From Heptranchias perlo (Eukaryota): a stretch of DNA of 64,000 nt. Shown one piece after another: positions 25,775 through 37,307 of the stretch. The notes under the pieces are model-generated. The model had not been told where the DNA came from, searched no databases, and was given only the letters and a program-made list of their open reading frames with translations. Location of the stretch: assembly GCF_035084215.1 (NCBI RefSeq), contig NW_027139328.1, positions 248,001 to 312,000 of the forward strand, in the 5' to 3' direction. Numbering within the stretch: position 1 is the first letter of the stretch; every line of letters starts with the position of its first letter. Position numbers and translations under genes: made by a program.

Positions 25775-25965
25775 CGGCCGTTAAAGTTGAATGTGTTTTT
25801 GATCTTCACAACCACAGAGGGCAGTGTGGCCGGATAACTGTGGCGTGACGAGATGGCAGAGGTCTCCGACTGCCTCGTTGATGAACTGCATCTTCCAGCA
25901 GAGCTCCTCATTAAGCCCTTCCGAAGTCCATATGTTTGTCATATTTTGAAGGGCACCATCCTCCT
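25775..25965 (-). mobile_element. Possible PIF/Harbinger (HARBI1-like) transposase N-terminal relic
   Basis: Minus-strand translation LNEELCWKMQFINEAVGDLCHLVTPQL..TAL/(frameshift)VVVKIKNTFNF resembles the HARBI1-type HTH region; recognised from memory only. Confidence 0.4.
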
Positions 25966-26760
25966 CCATTCCTGCCTCATCCTTCCTCTGTTCTCTCTTC
26001 CTTATCCTCCTCCTCTTCCAGGTCTGACTAAAGGAATCCCGAACCTCCGGCTGAGAAGCTGTGTGTGTGGGTGAAGGCAAAGTAGCCCAGAGCCCTCACA
26101 GTCACAGGCAATCGCAAAGCTGTCCAGGCTGAAAGCAAAAAAAAGAACCTTTCAGAAGCTGATTTGCAGCTGCGTTAATTGGTGTTCAAAACTTTCAACA
26201 ATCTTCAGGCTCAAAAGCTTTTCCTTTTGACCAGTCGCGGCTGTTCTTGACAACAGCCCCTAGACTGTTTGCCGTTCCAATTTACCGCCAGAATGGGAGC
26301 TTACCTCCCGCAAATGAGGAGCACCAGGCAGGGCCGCTCACTGGAGTTAATCTCCCCGGGTTTCTCCCATGAAGATCCTGCAGAATGACTGGGGTTGCCC
26401 TGCCGCTTGAGTTACAGGGGTTGTACTGGGTGACTCACTGAACACAAGTGAGCAGGAGCAAGTACTGGAAACAGCTCCCTGAAGGGCAAGCTCGGGGGCA
26501 ATCTGCTGAAGACAAGAGATGCAGATTTTAGGGGCCCAGCCTTTAAACGAAAGATGTGCACCCGCAATTGCTGTATGCAATGGGCTGCCTGCGAGGCAGC
26601 TTCCCGCATGTTGGAGAGTGTGAAGGACTTCACTACCAACTAGTGTGGTGTTATGGTGCATGGCCTCAACACCGTGTGGCCACCTCCATGGAAGCTGCAG
26701 CTGAGCCCTCCAGTACCAGGAGTCTGAGGCACCAGCAATAGTATCTCTCAGGGATATCTT

Positions 26761-27041
26761 TCACTGGGGATGTGGAGGCACTGGGCTCTCACTGGGGATG
26801 TGGAGGCACTGGGCTCTCACTGGGGATGTGGAGGCACTGGGCTCTCACTGGGGATGTGGAGGCACTGGGCTCTCACTGGGGATGTGGAGGCACTGGGCTC
26901 TCACTGGGGATGTGGAGGCACTGGGCTCTCACTGGGGATGTGGAGGCACTGGGCTCTCACTGGGGATGTGGAGGCACTGGGCTCTCACTGGGGATGTGGA
27001 GGCACTGGGCTCTCACTGGGGATGTCGAGGCACTGGGCTCT
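26761..27041. repeat. Minisatellite, 28 bp unit (TCACTGGGGATGTGGAGGCACTGGGCTC), 10 copies
   Basis: Direct tandem array. Confidence 0.97.
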
Positions 27042-27091
27042 TCCATACCCACTGCCTTGGAAAGACTGGGAAACTTCCTCTCTGCTTCACG

Positions 27092-30000
27092 AGAACATAA
27101 GAAATAGGAGCAGGAGTAGGCCAATCGGCCCCTCGAGCCTGCTCCGCCATTCAATAAGATCATGGCTGATCTGATCCTAACTCAAATCTAAATTCATGTC
27201 CAATTTCCTGCCCGCTCCCCGTAACCCCTAATTCCCTTTACTTCTAGGAAACTGTCTATTTCTGTTTTAAATTTATTTAATGATGTAGCTTCCACAGCTT
27301 CCTGGGGCAGCAAATTCCACAGACCTACTACCCTCCGAGTGAAGAAGTTTCTCCTCATCTCAGTTTTGAAAGAGCAGCCTCTTATTCGAAGATTATGCCC
27401 CCTAGTTCTCGTTTCACCCATCCTTGGGAACATCCTTACCGCATCCACCCGATCAAGCCCCTTCACAATCTTATATGTTTCAATAAGATTGCCTCTCATT
27501 CTTCTGAACTCCAATGAGTAGAGTCCCAATCTACTCAACCTCTCCTCATATGTCCGCCTCCTCATCCCCGGGATTAACCGAGTGAACCTTCTTTGTACTG
27601 CCTCGAGAGCAAGTATGTCTTTTCTTAAGTATGGACACCAAAACTGTACGCAGTATTCCAGGTGCGGTCTCACCAATACCTTATATAACTGCAGCAATAC
27701 CTCCCTGTTTTTATATTCTATCCCCCGAGCAATAAAAGCCAACATTCCGTTGGCCTTCTTGATCACCTGCTGCACCTGCGTACTAACTTTTTGATTTTCT
27801 TGCACTCGGACCCCCAGATCCCTTTGTACTGCAGTACTTTCCAGTTTCTCGCCATTAAAATAATAACTTGCTCTCTGATTTTTCCTGCCAAAGTGCATAA
27901 CCTCACATTTTCCAATATTGTATTGCATCTGCCAAATCTCCGCCCACTCACCCAACCTTGTCTATATCCCCTTGTAGGTTTTTTATGTCCTCCTCACTCT
28001 CCACTTTCCCTCCCATCTTTGTATCATTTGCAAACTTTGATATGTTACACTCGGTCCCCTCCTCCAAATCGTTAATATAGATTGTAAAGAGTTGGGGACC
28101 CAGCACCGACCCCTGAGGAACACCACTGGCTACTGGTTGTCAGTCCGAGAATGAACCATTTATCCCAACTCTCTGCTTCCTGTTAGATAACCAATCCTCC
28201 ACCCATGCCAGAATATTACCCCCAATCCAGTGATTCTTTATCTTGAGCAATAATCTTTTATGTGGCACCTTGTCAAATGCCTTCTGGAAGTCTAAATACA
28301 CTACGTCCACTGGTTCCCCTTTATCCACCCTGTACATTATGTCCTCAAAGAACTCAAGCAAATTTGTCTGACATGACTTCCCCTTCGTAAAGCCATGCTG
28401 ACTTTGTCCTATTAAATTATGTTTATCCAAATGTTCTGCTGCTGTTTCCTTAATAATCGACTCCAAAATTTTACCCACCACAGATGTTAGGCTAACTGGT
28501 CTATAATTTCCAGCCTTCTGCCCTTTTTAAATAAGGGTGTTACATTAGCAGTTTTCCAATCTGCCGGGACCTTTGCCGAGTCCAGAGAATTTTGGAAAAT
28601 TATTACTAAAGCATCCACAATCCCTACTGCCACTTTCCTCAAGACCCGAGGATGTAAGCCATCAGGTCCAGGGGATTTATCCGCCTTGAGTCCCATTAAT
28701 TTACTGAGTACCAATTCCTTAGTGATTTTAATCGTATTTAGCTCCTCCCCCCCAGAGCCCCCTGTTTGTCCAGTGTTGGGATATTCTTAGTGTCCTCTAC
28801 CGTAAAGACTGAAACAAAATATTTGTTCAGCATTTTTGCCATCTCCATGTTTCCCACCATTAATTTCCCGGTCTCATCCTCTAAGGGACCCACGTTTGCC
28901 TTAGCCACCCTTTTTCTTTTTATATAACTGTAGAAACTCTTGCTATCTGTTTTTATATTTTTTGCTAATTTATTTTCATAATCTATCTTCCCTTTCTTAA
29001 TCAATCCTTTAGTTACTTTTTGCTGTCTTTTGAAGTCTTCCCAATCTTCTATCCTCCCACTAAGTTTGGCTACCTTATATGTCCTTGTTTTTAGTCGGAT
29101 ACTATCCTTAATTTCTTTACTTAGCCATGGATGGCTGTCATTTCTTTCACACCCTTTTTTCCCTCAGTGGAATATATATTTTTTGAAAGTTGTAAAATAA
29201 CTCCTTGAATGAACACCACTGCTCATGTACCGTCTTACCCTTTAATCTATTTTCCCAGTCCACTTTAATCAATTCCGCTCTCATACCATCATAGTCTCCT
29301 TTATTCAAGCTCAGTACGCTTGTTTGAGAACCAACAGTCTCACCCTCTAATTGGATATGGAATGTAACCATGTTATGGTCACTCGTTCCAAGGGGATCCT
29401 TAACTAGGACATTATTAATTAATCCTGGCTCATTACACAGGACCAGGTCCAAGGTTGCTTTCCCCCTTGGAGGATCAGTTACATACTGCTCAAGAAATCC
29501 ATCCCTAATACACTCAATAAACTCTTCCTCAAGGCTGCCCTGCCCAATTTGATTTGTCCAGTTAATATGATAGTTAAAATCCCCCATAATTATAGCTGTT
29601 CCCTTATTACATGCTCCGACTATTTCCTGATTAATACTTCTTCCAGCAGAGTTGCAACTATTAGGAGGCCTATATACTACGCCCACTAGTGTTTTTTTCC
29701 CCTTATTATTCCTGACCTCTACCCAAACTGTTTCATTATCCTGATCCTTTGTCCCAATATCATTTCTCTGTATTACAGTGATTCCTTCCTTTATTAACTT
29801 AGCCACCCCACTTCCCCTTCCTTCCTGCCTGTCCTTCCTGATTGTTAAATACCCTGGCATATTTAATTCCCAGTCGTTGTAACCCTGCAGCCATGTTTCT
29901 GTAATGGCCACAAGATCATACCCGTACGTAGTTATTTGTGCCGTTAACTCATCCATTTTGTTACGAATGCTACGTGCATTCAGATAAAGAACTTTCAAAT

Positions 30001-31560
30001 ATGTTTTGTGACACTTAGTTCCTGCTTTTTCCTTTTTTAACACTTTACCTTTTACTACAAACCTTCTGTCCCTTCCTGACAGGCTTTCCTCTGTCTCCCT
30101 GCTCAGGTTCCCAACCCCCTGCCACAGCTTTGATGCTGGGTTAATCGCCTTACGCCTTCTAGTTTTTGGTTTATCTGTCGTGCCTAAAGTACACTTTCTT
30201 TCTGCTGCTCTACGCTTTTCCCTTTCACTTGTTCTTGAACAACTGTTTGTACTATTTGTATTGTAGATTTCCCCTGGGTCTTCCCCACTCTTGCTGCTCT
30301 CAATTTTATTTCCTTCTGACTCCCCGCTCAGGTTCCCATCCCCCTGCCACTCTAGTTTAAACCTTCCCCAACAGCACTAGCAAACACCCCCGCGAGGACA
30401 TTGGTCCCGGTCCTGCTCGGGTGTAACCCGTCACGCTTGTACAGGTCCCACCTTCCCCAGAACCGGTCCCAATGTCCCAGGAATCGAAATCCCTCCCTCC
30501 TACACCATCCCTGCAGCCACGCATTCATCCGGTCTATTCTCCTGTTCCTATACTCACTAGCACGTGGCACTGGTAGTAATCCTGAGATCACTACCTTTGA
30601 AGTCCTGCTTTTTAATTTATCTCCTAACTCCTTAAATTCACCTTGCAGGACCTCATCCCTTTTTTCACCTATGTCGTTGGTACCAATATGGATCACGACT
30701 ACTGGCTGTTCACCCTCCCCCTCCAGAATGCCCTGCAGCCGCTCCGTGACATCCTTGACCCTAGCACCAGGGAGGCAACATACCATCCTGGAGTCACGTT
30801 TGCGGCCGCAGAAACACCTATCTGTTCCCCTTACAATTGAATCCCCTATCACTATAGCCCTGCCACTCCTCTTCCTCCCCTCCTGTGCAGCAGAGCCACC
30901 CGTGGTGCCCCGAACCTGGCTCCTGCTGCTTTTCCCTGATAAGCCATCTCCCCCAACAGCATCTAAAGCAGAATATCTGTTTGAGAGGGAGATGGCCCCA
31001 TGGGACTCCTGCTCTACCTGCCTTGTCCTTTTACTCTGCCTGGCGGTCACCCATTTCCTTTCTGCCTGCGTAATCTTTACCTGCGGTGTGACCACCTCAC
31101 TGAACGTGCTATCCACGATAGTCTCAGCATCGAGGATGCTCCACAGTGAATCCACCCGCAGCTCCAGCTCCGAAAGACGGTTAGCCAATAGCTGCAGCTG
31201 GACACACTTCCTGCACACATGGTCGCCAGGGACACTGGTAGTGTCCATGACTTCCCACATAGTGCAGGAGGAGCATATCACGGGTGCGAGCTGTGCTGCC
31301 ATGACTTGCCTTAGACTCTCAGACTCTCCTCCCGCTCTAGGTCTCTCCTTTAATACTGTGCTTGCCTCTCGGTCTCTCCTGCCTCACCTGTGACGTCGCA
31401 CAGTAGTTGTCTCTTGTTGCAGGTCTGCTGCTGCTTTTATTCCCCAATCTCAGTCTTCTACTCTCAGGTCCACTGCTGCTCTGGGGAAAAAGTTAGGAAA
31501 AGCAAGGCAAAGCAGCACCACCTTCCCCCAACTCCCTCACATACCAAACTCTCCTTCACA
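27092..31560 (-). mobile_element. Near full-length CR1 LINE (ORF1 intact, ORF2 disrupted)
   Basis: 3' tail AGAACATAAGAA at ~27092. ORF2 is in pieces (29147..30043 APE endonuclease; 28738..29004; 28487..28714; 28140..28481; 27194..27955). ORF1 is 30352..31302. The 5' end is approximate. Confidence 0.93.
30352..31302 (-). CDS. CR1 ORF1p (zinc-finger/leucine zipper plus SGNH esterase-like domain), 316 aa
   Basis: CSSC..CRKC motif, coiled coil, VIGDSIVRG, HIGTND and DGLH motifs. Confidence 0.88.
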   Translation of the reverse strand: MAAQLAPVICSSCTMWEVMDTTSVPGDHVCRKCVQLQLLANRLSELELRVDSLWSILDAETIVDSTFSEVVTPQVKITQAERKWVTARQSKRTRQVEQESHGAISLSNRYSALDAVGGDGLSGKSSRSQVRGTTGGSAAQEGRKRSGRAIVIGDSIVRGTDRCFCGRKRDSRMVCCLPGARVKDVTERLQGILEGEGEQPVVVIHIGTNDIGEKRDEVLQGEFKELGDKLKSRTSKVVISGLLPVPRASEYRNRRIDRMNAWLQGWCRREGFRFLGHWDRFWGRWDLYKRDGLHPSRTGTNVLAGVFASAVGEGLN

Positions 31561-31589
31561 CTGTGTTGTCCGCACACCATGCTGTTCGC

Positions 31590-31680
31590 ACTGTTTCACT
31601 CCTCTCTTTCACTCTCCCTGTTTCACACTCTTTCACTCCCCCTGTTTCGCTCCCCCCCCGCCCTCTCCCTGTTTCACTCC
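31590..31680. repeat. Short CT-rich repeat (TTTCACTCTCCCTG/TTTCACTCCTCTC)
   Basis: Same motif as 41795-42355. Confidence 0.7.
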
Positions 31681-32339
31681 ATATTAGCACAGAGGTTGGG
31701 AAAAACAGAGAGGGTCCCACTGACGGATTGATGTGCTGACGCAGTGAGGTCTTTCAACTGGGAATTTGGTGACTGTGGGAATTCATTGGTCAGTAGTACG
31801 TGTGTTTTATTTTAAACTGAAATTTATCTTAGTTTAAGCCGCAAGTCAGTGCTGCAAACAGTGGCAGTGATTAACAGACAGTCAGCTGTGAGTTGGCTCC
31901 TGACTAGGTCTTAATTATTGTGGTGGAAGTTGACTAACCGATTGTAACTCGAGTGTGGGAAAGGTATATGGTATATGGTACCTGGTATATGGTACCTGGT
32001 ACCTGGACCTTGCAAAAGCCCAGAGGCGGGGAAAGACTAGGAGTGAACCTCTAACGGAGTGAAGTGCGGACAGAGTGAGGACTTTCAACTGGGAATTAGG
32101 TGAGTGTGGGAATTAGATGCTGAGGGGAAGGAGGTGCAGAGTGATTTAAACCAAATGACTATAGACTGAGGGGAGCAGAGAGGAGAACGCAGGAGGAATC
32201 AAAAATCAAGAAAAAGTCAAAAAGTGACGTCATAAGACAAGGAGGAGCTCCGGGGATAAGTCAGTAAGGATTTAGTTCATTGGAGGGTATTTTCAGTGGT
32301 TATTGGGAATAAAAAGGAGTGAGAGAGGAGGCCGAGAGC

Positions 32340-33293
32340 AGAGAGGGAATATAAAGGAGAGGGACCAGTGACCGAGGGCAGGACGGGGATATAAAGGAGA
32401 GGGACCAGTGACCGAGGGCAGGACGGGGATATAAAGGAGAGGGACCAGTGACCGAGGGCAGGACGGGGATATAAAGGAGAGGGACCAGTGACCGAGAGCA
32501 GGGCGGGGATATAAAGGAGAGGGACCAGTGACCGAGAGCAGGGCGGGGATATAGAACATAAGAACATAAGAAATTGGAGCAGGAGTAGGCCAATCGGCCC
32601 CTCGAGCCTGCTCCGCCATTCAATAAGATCATGGCTGATCTGATCCCAACCACAAATCTAAAGAACACAAGAAGTCGGAGCAGGACCCGGCCACATAGCC
32701 CCTGGGCCCTCTCCGCCACCCACAGGGCATTGACCGATCCGAACTCAGCTTCATGTCCAATTTCCTGCCCGCTCTCCATAACCCCTAATTCCCTTTACTT
32801 CTAGGAAACTGTCTATTTCTGTTTTAAATTTATCTAATGATGTAGCTTCCACAGCTTCCTGGGGCAGCAAATTCCACAGACCTACCACCCTCTGAGTGAA
32901 GAAGTTTCTCCTCATCTCAGTTTTGAAAGAGCAGCCCCTTATTCTAAGATTATGCCCCCTAGTTCTAGTTTCACCCATCTTTGGGAACATCAAGGAGAGG
33001 GAGCAGTGACCGAGAGCAGGGCGGGGATATAAAGGAGAGGGACCAGTGACCGAGAGCAGGACAGGGATATAAAGGAGAGGGACCAGTGACCGAGAGCAGG
33101 GCGGGGATATGAAGGAGAGGGACCAGTGACTGGGGGCAGGGCGGGGATATAAAGGAGAGGGAGCAGTGACCGAGAGCAGGACGGGGATATAAAGGAGAGG
33201 GACCAGTGACCGAGAGCAGGACAGGGATATAAAGGAGAGGGACCAGTGACCGAGAGCAGGGCGGGGATATAAAGGAGAGGGAGCAGTGACCGA
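32340..33293. repeat. Minisatellite, 40 bp unit (ATAAAGGAGAGGGACCAGTGACCGAGAGCAGGGCGGGGAT), ~13 copies, split by a CR1 insertion
   Basis: Arrays at 32340-32553 and 32992-33293 continue in register across the insert. Confidence 0.95.
32554..32991 (-). mobile_element. Short 5'-truncated CR1 (double-tail subfamily), nearly identical to 37308-37750
   Basis: (ATAAGAAC)n tail and ORF2 end MFPKMGETRTRGHNL...GNWT. Confidence 0.93.
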
Positions 33294-33915
33294 ATGGAAC
33301 AGCTCCCTCTTTCCCCAGTACTGGTGCCAGTGCCTCATGAATTGAAACCCCTGCCTCCCACACCACTCTCAGCCACACATTTAACCATCTAATCTGTTTG
33401 TCCCGAAGCCAATTCGCACGTGGCTCAGGTAGTAATCCAGAGATTATTACCTTTGAGCTTCAGCTTTTCAATTTGGACCCGAGCTCCTCAAACTCCCTCA
33501 GCAGAAACTCATTCCTCGTTCTCCCGATGTCATTGGTTCCTACGTGGACAACAACAACTGGATCCTCCCCCTCATTCTCCAAGTTCTTCTCCAGCCGTGA
33601 GGAGATGTCCTTAACCCCGGCACCGAGCAGGTAACACGGCCTTCGGGACTCCTGGTCACACCTGCAGAGAACAGTATCTATCCCCCTGACTATACTATCC
33701 CCTAACACTAACCCACTTGAATGGCCTCCTGTCCATGTTGCCGTGGTCAGTTTGCCCATCCTCCCTGCAGTCTTTGTTCTCATCCACACAGGTAGCAAGT
33801 ACCTCGTACCTGTTGGACAAGGTCAAAGGCTGAGGCTCCTCCATCACTGCCTCCTGGGTCCCCAGACCTGCCTGACTCACAGTCACACCCTCCTGTCCCT
33901 GACCACTGAACGAAT
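33294..33915 (-). mobile_element. CR1 ORF1 fragment (inverted relative to host)
   Basis: VLGDSIVRG, VHVGTND and HWHQYWGKRELF motifs on the minus strand. Confidence 0.8.
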
Positions 33916-34567
33916 GAGGTGGTTAAAAAGGCATACGGAATACTTTCCTTTATTAGCCGAGGCATAGACTATAAGAGCAGGGAGGTTATGCTGGAACTGT
34001 ATAAAACACTGGCTAGGCCACAGCTTGAGTACTGTGTACAGTTCTGGTCACCACATTACAGGAAGGATGTGATTGCACTAGAGAGGGTACAGAGGAGATT
34101 TACGAAGATGTTGCCAGGAGTGGAGAATTTTAACTATGATGACAGATTGGATAGGCTGGGGTTGTTCTCTTTGGAACAGAGGAGGCTGAGGGGAGATTTA
34201 ATTGAGGTATATAAAATTATGAGGGGCCGAGATAGAGTGGATAGGAAGGACCGATTTCCCTTAGTGGAGGGGTCAATAACCAGGGGGCATCGATTTAAAG
34301 TGATTGATCGAAGGATTAGAGGGGAAATGAGGAAAAAAATTTTCACCCAGAGGGTGGTCGGAGTCTGGAACTCACTGCCTGAGAGGGTGGGAGAGGCAGA
34401 AACCCTCAACTCATTTAAAAAGTACCTGGATGTGCTCCTGAAGACCTGCAGGGCTACGGACCAAGTGCGGGAAAGTGGGATTAGGCTGGGTGGCTCGTTT
34501 CTCAGCCGGTGCAGACACGATGGGCCGAATGACCTCCTTCTGTGCCGTAAATTTTCTATGGTTCTAT
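33916..34567 (+). mobile_element. 5'-truncated CR1 3' end
   Basis: ORF 33919..34605: RPQLEYCVQFWSP...RRLRGDLIE; tail TTCTATGGTTCTA. Confidence 0.88.
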
Positions 34568-36431
34568 CTAACCTAATAAGAGGGGGTGCGTTCAGGGAAG
34601 GGTAAATTTATCAGTCTAAAGAGAAAAGTCAAGGCTGTAGAACAGAGCAGCGATTTGGGTAAAAACAAGCAGAGGAAGGGATAGAGAGATTAACAAAGGT
34701 AACAGGACATTAGTGACATCAGGTCACATCAGGGAAAAATCTGAAAAAGTTAAAATTAACGGCACTGTATCTGAATTCGTAACAAGATAGATGAATTAAT
34801 GGCACAAATAGAGATAAATGGGTTTGATCCAGTAACCATTACTGAGACATGGCTGCAGGGTGACCAAGGTTGGGAACGAAATATTCCAGGGTACTGGATG
34901 TTTAGAAAAAAATAGGCAAAATGGAAAAGCAATGTAAGGATCAGGGTTGTAACCCTGATAATAAAGGATAAGATAAAGTCAGGAATGAGAAAGGGTGTTA
35001 GCTCAGAAAATCAGGATGTAGAATCAGTCTGGGTGGAGCTAAGAAATAACAAGGGGCAGAAATCACTGGCAGTAGTTTACAGGCCCCCGAACAGTAGTGA
35101 CAGTGTTGGACAGAGGATAATTCAGGAAATGAGAGGAGCATATAACAAGGGTAATGCAATAACCGTGGGGGACTTTAATCTTCATATGGACCGGGCAAAC
35201 CAAATTGGCAAAAGTCGTTTGGAGGATGAGTTCATGGAATGCATTCGGGACAGTTTCCGAGAGCAATGCATCGTGGAACCAACCAGGGAACAGGCTATTT
35301 TAGATTGAGTATTGTGTAATGAGAGGGTTAATTAGTAATCTTATAGTTCAGGATCCTCTGGGGCAGAGTGATCATAAAATGATAGAATTTCATATTGAGT
35401 TTGAGTGATGTGGTTAAGTCCGAAATTAGGGTCTTAAATTTAAACACAGCCAATTACGTAGGTATGGGGGGTGAGTTGGCTGAGGTAGATTGGGAAATGA
35501 GATTAAAAGATATGATGGTAGATAAGCAATGGTGAACATTTAAAGAAATAATTCATAATTCTCAATGAATATACATTCCCTTGAGGAATAAAAATGCCAC
35601 AATAACTAAAGAAATTAAAGAGAGTATTAGATTAAAAGAAGAGGCTTATAATGTTGCCAAGAAGAGTAGTAAGCCTGAGGATTGGGAGAGTTTTCGAAAC
35701 CAGCAAAGGAAGACCAAAAAATTGATAGAGGGAGAAAATAGAATGAGAGTAAACGAACAAGAAATATAAAAACGGATTGTAAAGCTTCTACAAGTATATA
35801 AAAAGAAGAGATTAGCTAAAGTAAATGTGGATCCCTTAGAGGCTGAGACAGGAGGAATTATAATAGGGAATAAGGAAATGGCAGAGATGCTAAACAAATA
35901 TTTTGTATCTGTCTTCACAGTGGAAGACACAAAAAAACATATTGGAAATAGTGGGGGACCAAGGGTCTAATGAGAGTGAGGAACTTAAAGTAATTAATAT
36001 TAGTAAAGAAAAAGTACTGGAGAAATTAATGGGACTAAAAGCCATTAAATCTCCTGGACCTGATGGCCGACATTCTAGCGTTCTAAGAGAGGTGGATGCA
36101 GAGATTGTGGATGCATTGGTTATGATCTTACAGAATTCCCTAGATTCTAGAGCGGTCCCCATGGATTGGAAGGTGGCAAATGTAAACCTGCTTTTCAAGA
36201 AAGGAGGGAGAGAGAAAACCGGGAACTACAGGCCAGTTAGAAAATAGAAAATTTACGGCACAGAAGGAGGCCATTCGGCCCATTGTGTCCGCGCTGGCCT
36301 GATACCAGTAGTATGGAAAATGCTAGAATCTATTATTAAGGACGTATAAAACTATAAAAATAATTATCTATATTAAGTAACCACTGCCCCATTTTTGTCC
36401 AATACTAACTTTTAAAAATCACAATATGATT

Positions 36432-36640
36432 AGAGTCATAGAGTCATAGAGTCATAGAGTTATACAGCACGGATAGAGGCCCTTCGGCCCATCGTGTCCG
36501 CGCCGGCCATCAGCCCAGTCTACTCTAATCCCATATTCCAGCATTTGGTCCGTAGCCTTGTATGCTATGGCATTTCAAGTGCTCATCCAAATGCTTCTTG
36601 AATGTTGTGAGGGTTCCTACCTCCACAACCCTTTCAGGAA
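36432..36640 (-). mobile_element. Short CR1 3' end, (CATAGAGT)n tail family
   Basis: Reverse complement of the 44060-44268 tail region; AGAGTCA occurs on both sides. Confidence 0.85.
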
Positions 36641-37307
36641 GAGTCAGCACGGATTTATGGAAGGGAAATCGTGTTTGACAAATTATTAGAGTTTTTTGAG
36701 GATGTAACTAGCAGGGTAGACAAAGGGGAACCAGTGGATGTCGTACATTTGGATTTTCAAAAGGCATTCGATAAGGTGCCACATAAAAGGTTGTTACACA
36801 AGATCAGGGCTCATGGGGTTGGGGGAAATACAGTAGCATGGATAGAGGATTGGTTAATGGACAGAAAACAGAGAGTAGGAATAAACAGGTCATTCTCAGG
36901 CTGTCAGGCTGTAACGAGTGGGGTACCACGAGGATCAGTGCTTGGGCCTCAGCTATTTACAATCTATATTAATGACTTAGATGAAGGGACTGAGTGTAAT
37001 GTATTTAAGTTTGCTGACGATACAAAGCTAGGTGGGAAAGTAAGCTGTGAGAAGGACACAGAGTCTGCAAAGGGATATAGACAGGTTAAGTGAGTGGGCA
37101 AGAAGGTGGCAGATGGAGTATAATGTGGGGAAATGTGAAATATAATAGAAAAGCAGAATATTTTTTTAAAAGGTGAGAGATTAAGAAATCTTGGTGTTCA
37201 GAGAGAGTTCAGTGTCCTTGTACACAAATCACAAAGTTAACATGCAAGTACAGCAAACAATTAGGAAGGGAAATAGTCTGTTAGACTTTATTGCAAGGGG
37301 TTTGGAG

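Noticed and set aside
30401-31393. 330-aa + strand ORF and similar ORFs opposite CR1 ORF1/ORF2
   Set aside because: Antisense shadows of LINE coding sequence.
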